Of a DNA stretch of 34,501 nucleotides, positions 32,357-34,501 are shown in pieces. The number at the start of each line of letters is the position of its first letter. Position 1 is the stretch's first letter. The translations under genes were made by a program, and so were the position numbers. The notes beneath the pieces were generated by a model. It ran no database searches. It was not told the origin of the DNA and was given only the letters and a program-made list of their open reading frames with translations. This stretch comes from Craspedostauros australis (Eukaryota), in contig JALAGF010005430.1 of assembly GCA_030167865.1 (NCBI GenBank), positions 1 through 34,501 on the forward strand, in the 5' to 3' direction.

Positions 32357-34501
32357 TGGAGGTGGTTGTAAGGGTCATAATTTCATAATCTGGGCCTCTC
32401 GACCAATCATATCGCTTCATTTAGGGCACAAGATACCTTTCGGCTCCTCATCGAATTGGGGGTCAACGTCCACATAACGTCAATCGAAATAATTATGAAC
32501 TCATTGTCCGCGAATATGAACGCTCCTCGGAGACCGTTCATAATTTCATAATCTCTCTGAGGAGTCGTGGTAGTCCAAAATTCGTTCTCAACGGCTACAT
32601 CGGAGCAAAACTTTGTGCTCACACCAGATTGATCCGATGTGCTCTACTGCAAATTGATTATTCGTTCCCACCCGTTTCATCGCACCTGTCTGTTGCAATT
32701 TAACTCCTCCTTTAGATGCACCTAGTGTAACTCTGTATTTATCATCTGATGAACTCCAGCGGGTCATATCTTCCCACCATCATCGCCAGCGCCAGGCTGC
32801 CTTGATTGCCATCATCCTTGTCGTTCTTGAGCATCTTACTGCACAGCAGCACCTCCTCATGTGTGCTGTGGCACACTGCATCCTCGACACCATGCCTACA
32901 AGTGTGCAAAGGGGTTGGTACCTCAGCTCCGGCATCTTCCAATATCAAGCGCTATCTTTCTGGTCTTTGATTTGAGAGCATGGCGACTTCATGGAGTTCT
33001 ACAACTTCATCGGACTCACCAGGCCATCGTTTGATCGATCGGCTGAAGTGCTAGAGCCCGGCATCGAAGCGTTGCCCATTGATCCGCTAGCCACGGCGCC
33101 ACCACGACCATCTGATATTCGCTGTTGTAAGTTCGACTACATCGATGTCACTGCCATTGCAATGAAGTATCTGACTTCCAAGTCAGAATTGAAGAACCAT
33201 TTCTGGTAGGATCTGCCTTCGTTGGAAGGTCGGAAGAGATCTTGGAGGATGTGGAGAGCAATGGACATGGCAGAGGCTGAAGTCGAGGCAATGGAAGAGC
33301 ACTCTCGTCAAACAGGGACTATGGATGACAATTGTAACCTGACGTACAAAGTGATGGCTCTTGAGAAGAAAGCAAAGGAAGATGTGGAATGCATCAATGA
33401 TGCCCAGAAGCAAAGAAGGTGCGAGTGGGAAGCTACAATGGCCATTTGTATCATCAAAGCATTGACAATGAGACGATTGCTGAGCCGACGATTGCACTGA
33501 ATGCTGCGATAGTTGGGATAGGTACGTTGAGCATTCAATGAATGAAGGAGTGAACACCAGCAGCACAGTCAATGGAGAAAGGAAGACGGGGGAAGCAGGA
33601 AAGTGGCAACTCAAAGTGAGTAGTATGGAGATGAACTGCGGATGGCGAGGAGCAACACATATGTACAAACATACGCATCCATCTGGTATACGGAAGTTGA
33701 ACACTGCACTTGGGCAAGACACATATATTTGTGAATGTGTGAAGCAGCAAGAGATGTGCAAAACTGGAGCTGTGGATGTGTCAGCATACAGCCCCATTCA
33801 GCGAGGTTGAGTATCATCCTGCCAATATTGAATCGGACAACATGACATTTTTAGCAATCTATGTGGCATGTTGTCCATTAGGGTTAGATATATGTAGATA
33901 GCTCTTACAACACAAGTGCATGGCTTGTGCTCACTGTGGACAGAAATGATGCCGTCGCTGTTGGTCGATATCAGACTGCGATGGTATCCAACAGTGTGGG
34001 TCGTGATGTTGTGAGAGCTTTGGTGTTGCATTGATTCCTCACATTGTGGACGATTGGGCTCTGTTGTGTGCTTCCTCCCTTGTGTGCGTTGTGTCAAGTA
34101 GCACAGTGTTGTTTGTGGCATCCCTGCACGTCCACGCCTACGTTCACGGCAACAGCAACACTTGCGAATACTAACTATGCAGCATAATATTATATAATAC
34201 AATGGAGCACAGTGACTCATCCTATGGTATGAAAAATAAACTATACTCTCCACAACATAAGAGGATGAACTAAGTGCGTATCTCAACAATCCGCAAATGA
34301 CAACATGACAACCCCGAACGGGGTCATACAAGGAAAGTGGCCATGCAGAGAAATGGTGGTGCGGGGAAGGACTCGATGGATTGGCGGACACTGATTTAGT
34401 CTTTTGGGGCAGATTTGTCTACGGGACTGATGGTCGTGACTTGAAATCGGGGTGAACGAGGCTGACCAGTTATGAAATTATGACCCTTACAACCACCTCC
34501 A
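32357..34501. mobile_element. ~2.1-kb TIR DNA transposon, non-autonomous or decayed, PIF/Harbinger-ISL2EU-like
   Basis: TGGAGGTGGTTGTAAGGGTCATAATTTCATAA (32357-32388) is the exact 32/32 reverse complement of 34470-34501. A subterminal copy of TCATAATTTCATAATCT lies at ~32538-32554. Internal transposase-like remnant present. Confidence 0.88.
32658..33209 (+). pseudogene. N-terminal fragment of a DDE_Tnp_4/Harbinger-type transposase with an in-frame stop
   Basis: One frame reads ...SFWSLI*EHGDFMEFYNFIGLTRPSFDRSAEVL...DVTAIAMKYLTSKSELKN (TGA at 32973-32975). This resembles the W..L..GD..F..F.G.T...F / L.YL HTH region of this family. No DDE core follows. Confidence 0.55.

Noticed and set aside
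1..34501. CRISPR arrays, rRNA, intact tRNA or prokaryotic defence systems
   Set aside because: No regularly spaced repeat-spacer array, no complete cloverleaf and no operon structure; the DNA is eukaryotic with spliceosomal introns.

Overview
Gene-dense eukaryotic nuclear DNA with GT-AG introns, microsatellites and no operons. The gene set and style are most consistent with a diatom or related stramenopile (inference). Eleven protein genes can be modelled: GT47/exostosin glycosyltransferase, Methyltransf_16 methyltransferase, NAE1, SLC35B-type nucleotide-sugar/PAPS transporter, kinesin-14, SPCS2, a signal-peptide-bearing proteasome-alpha-like protein, an NDUFA7/B14.5a-like mitochondrial protein, importin beta-1, a small mitochondrial helical protein, and a CDPK-like kinase with a long C-terminal tail. 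Transposon relics cluster at both ends. On the left are CAGGG-type TIR-like motifs (301-470), a ~160-bp inverted repeat pair (1305-1463/2384-2541) and a CpG-depleted island (4661-5234). On the right is a ~2.1-kb element with perfect 32-bp TIRs and a broken PIF/Harbinger-ISL2EU-like transposase (32357-34501). The most unusual signals are the proteasome-alpha-like protein with a signal peptide and a spaced subterminal motif shared by two otherwise dissimilar inverted-repeat elements 30 kb apart. All family assignments come from motif recognition by eye; no database search was run.
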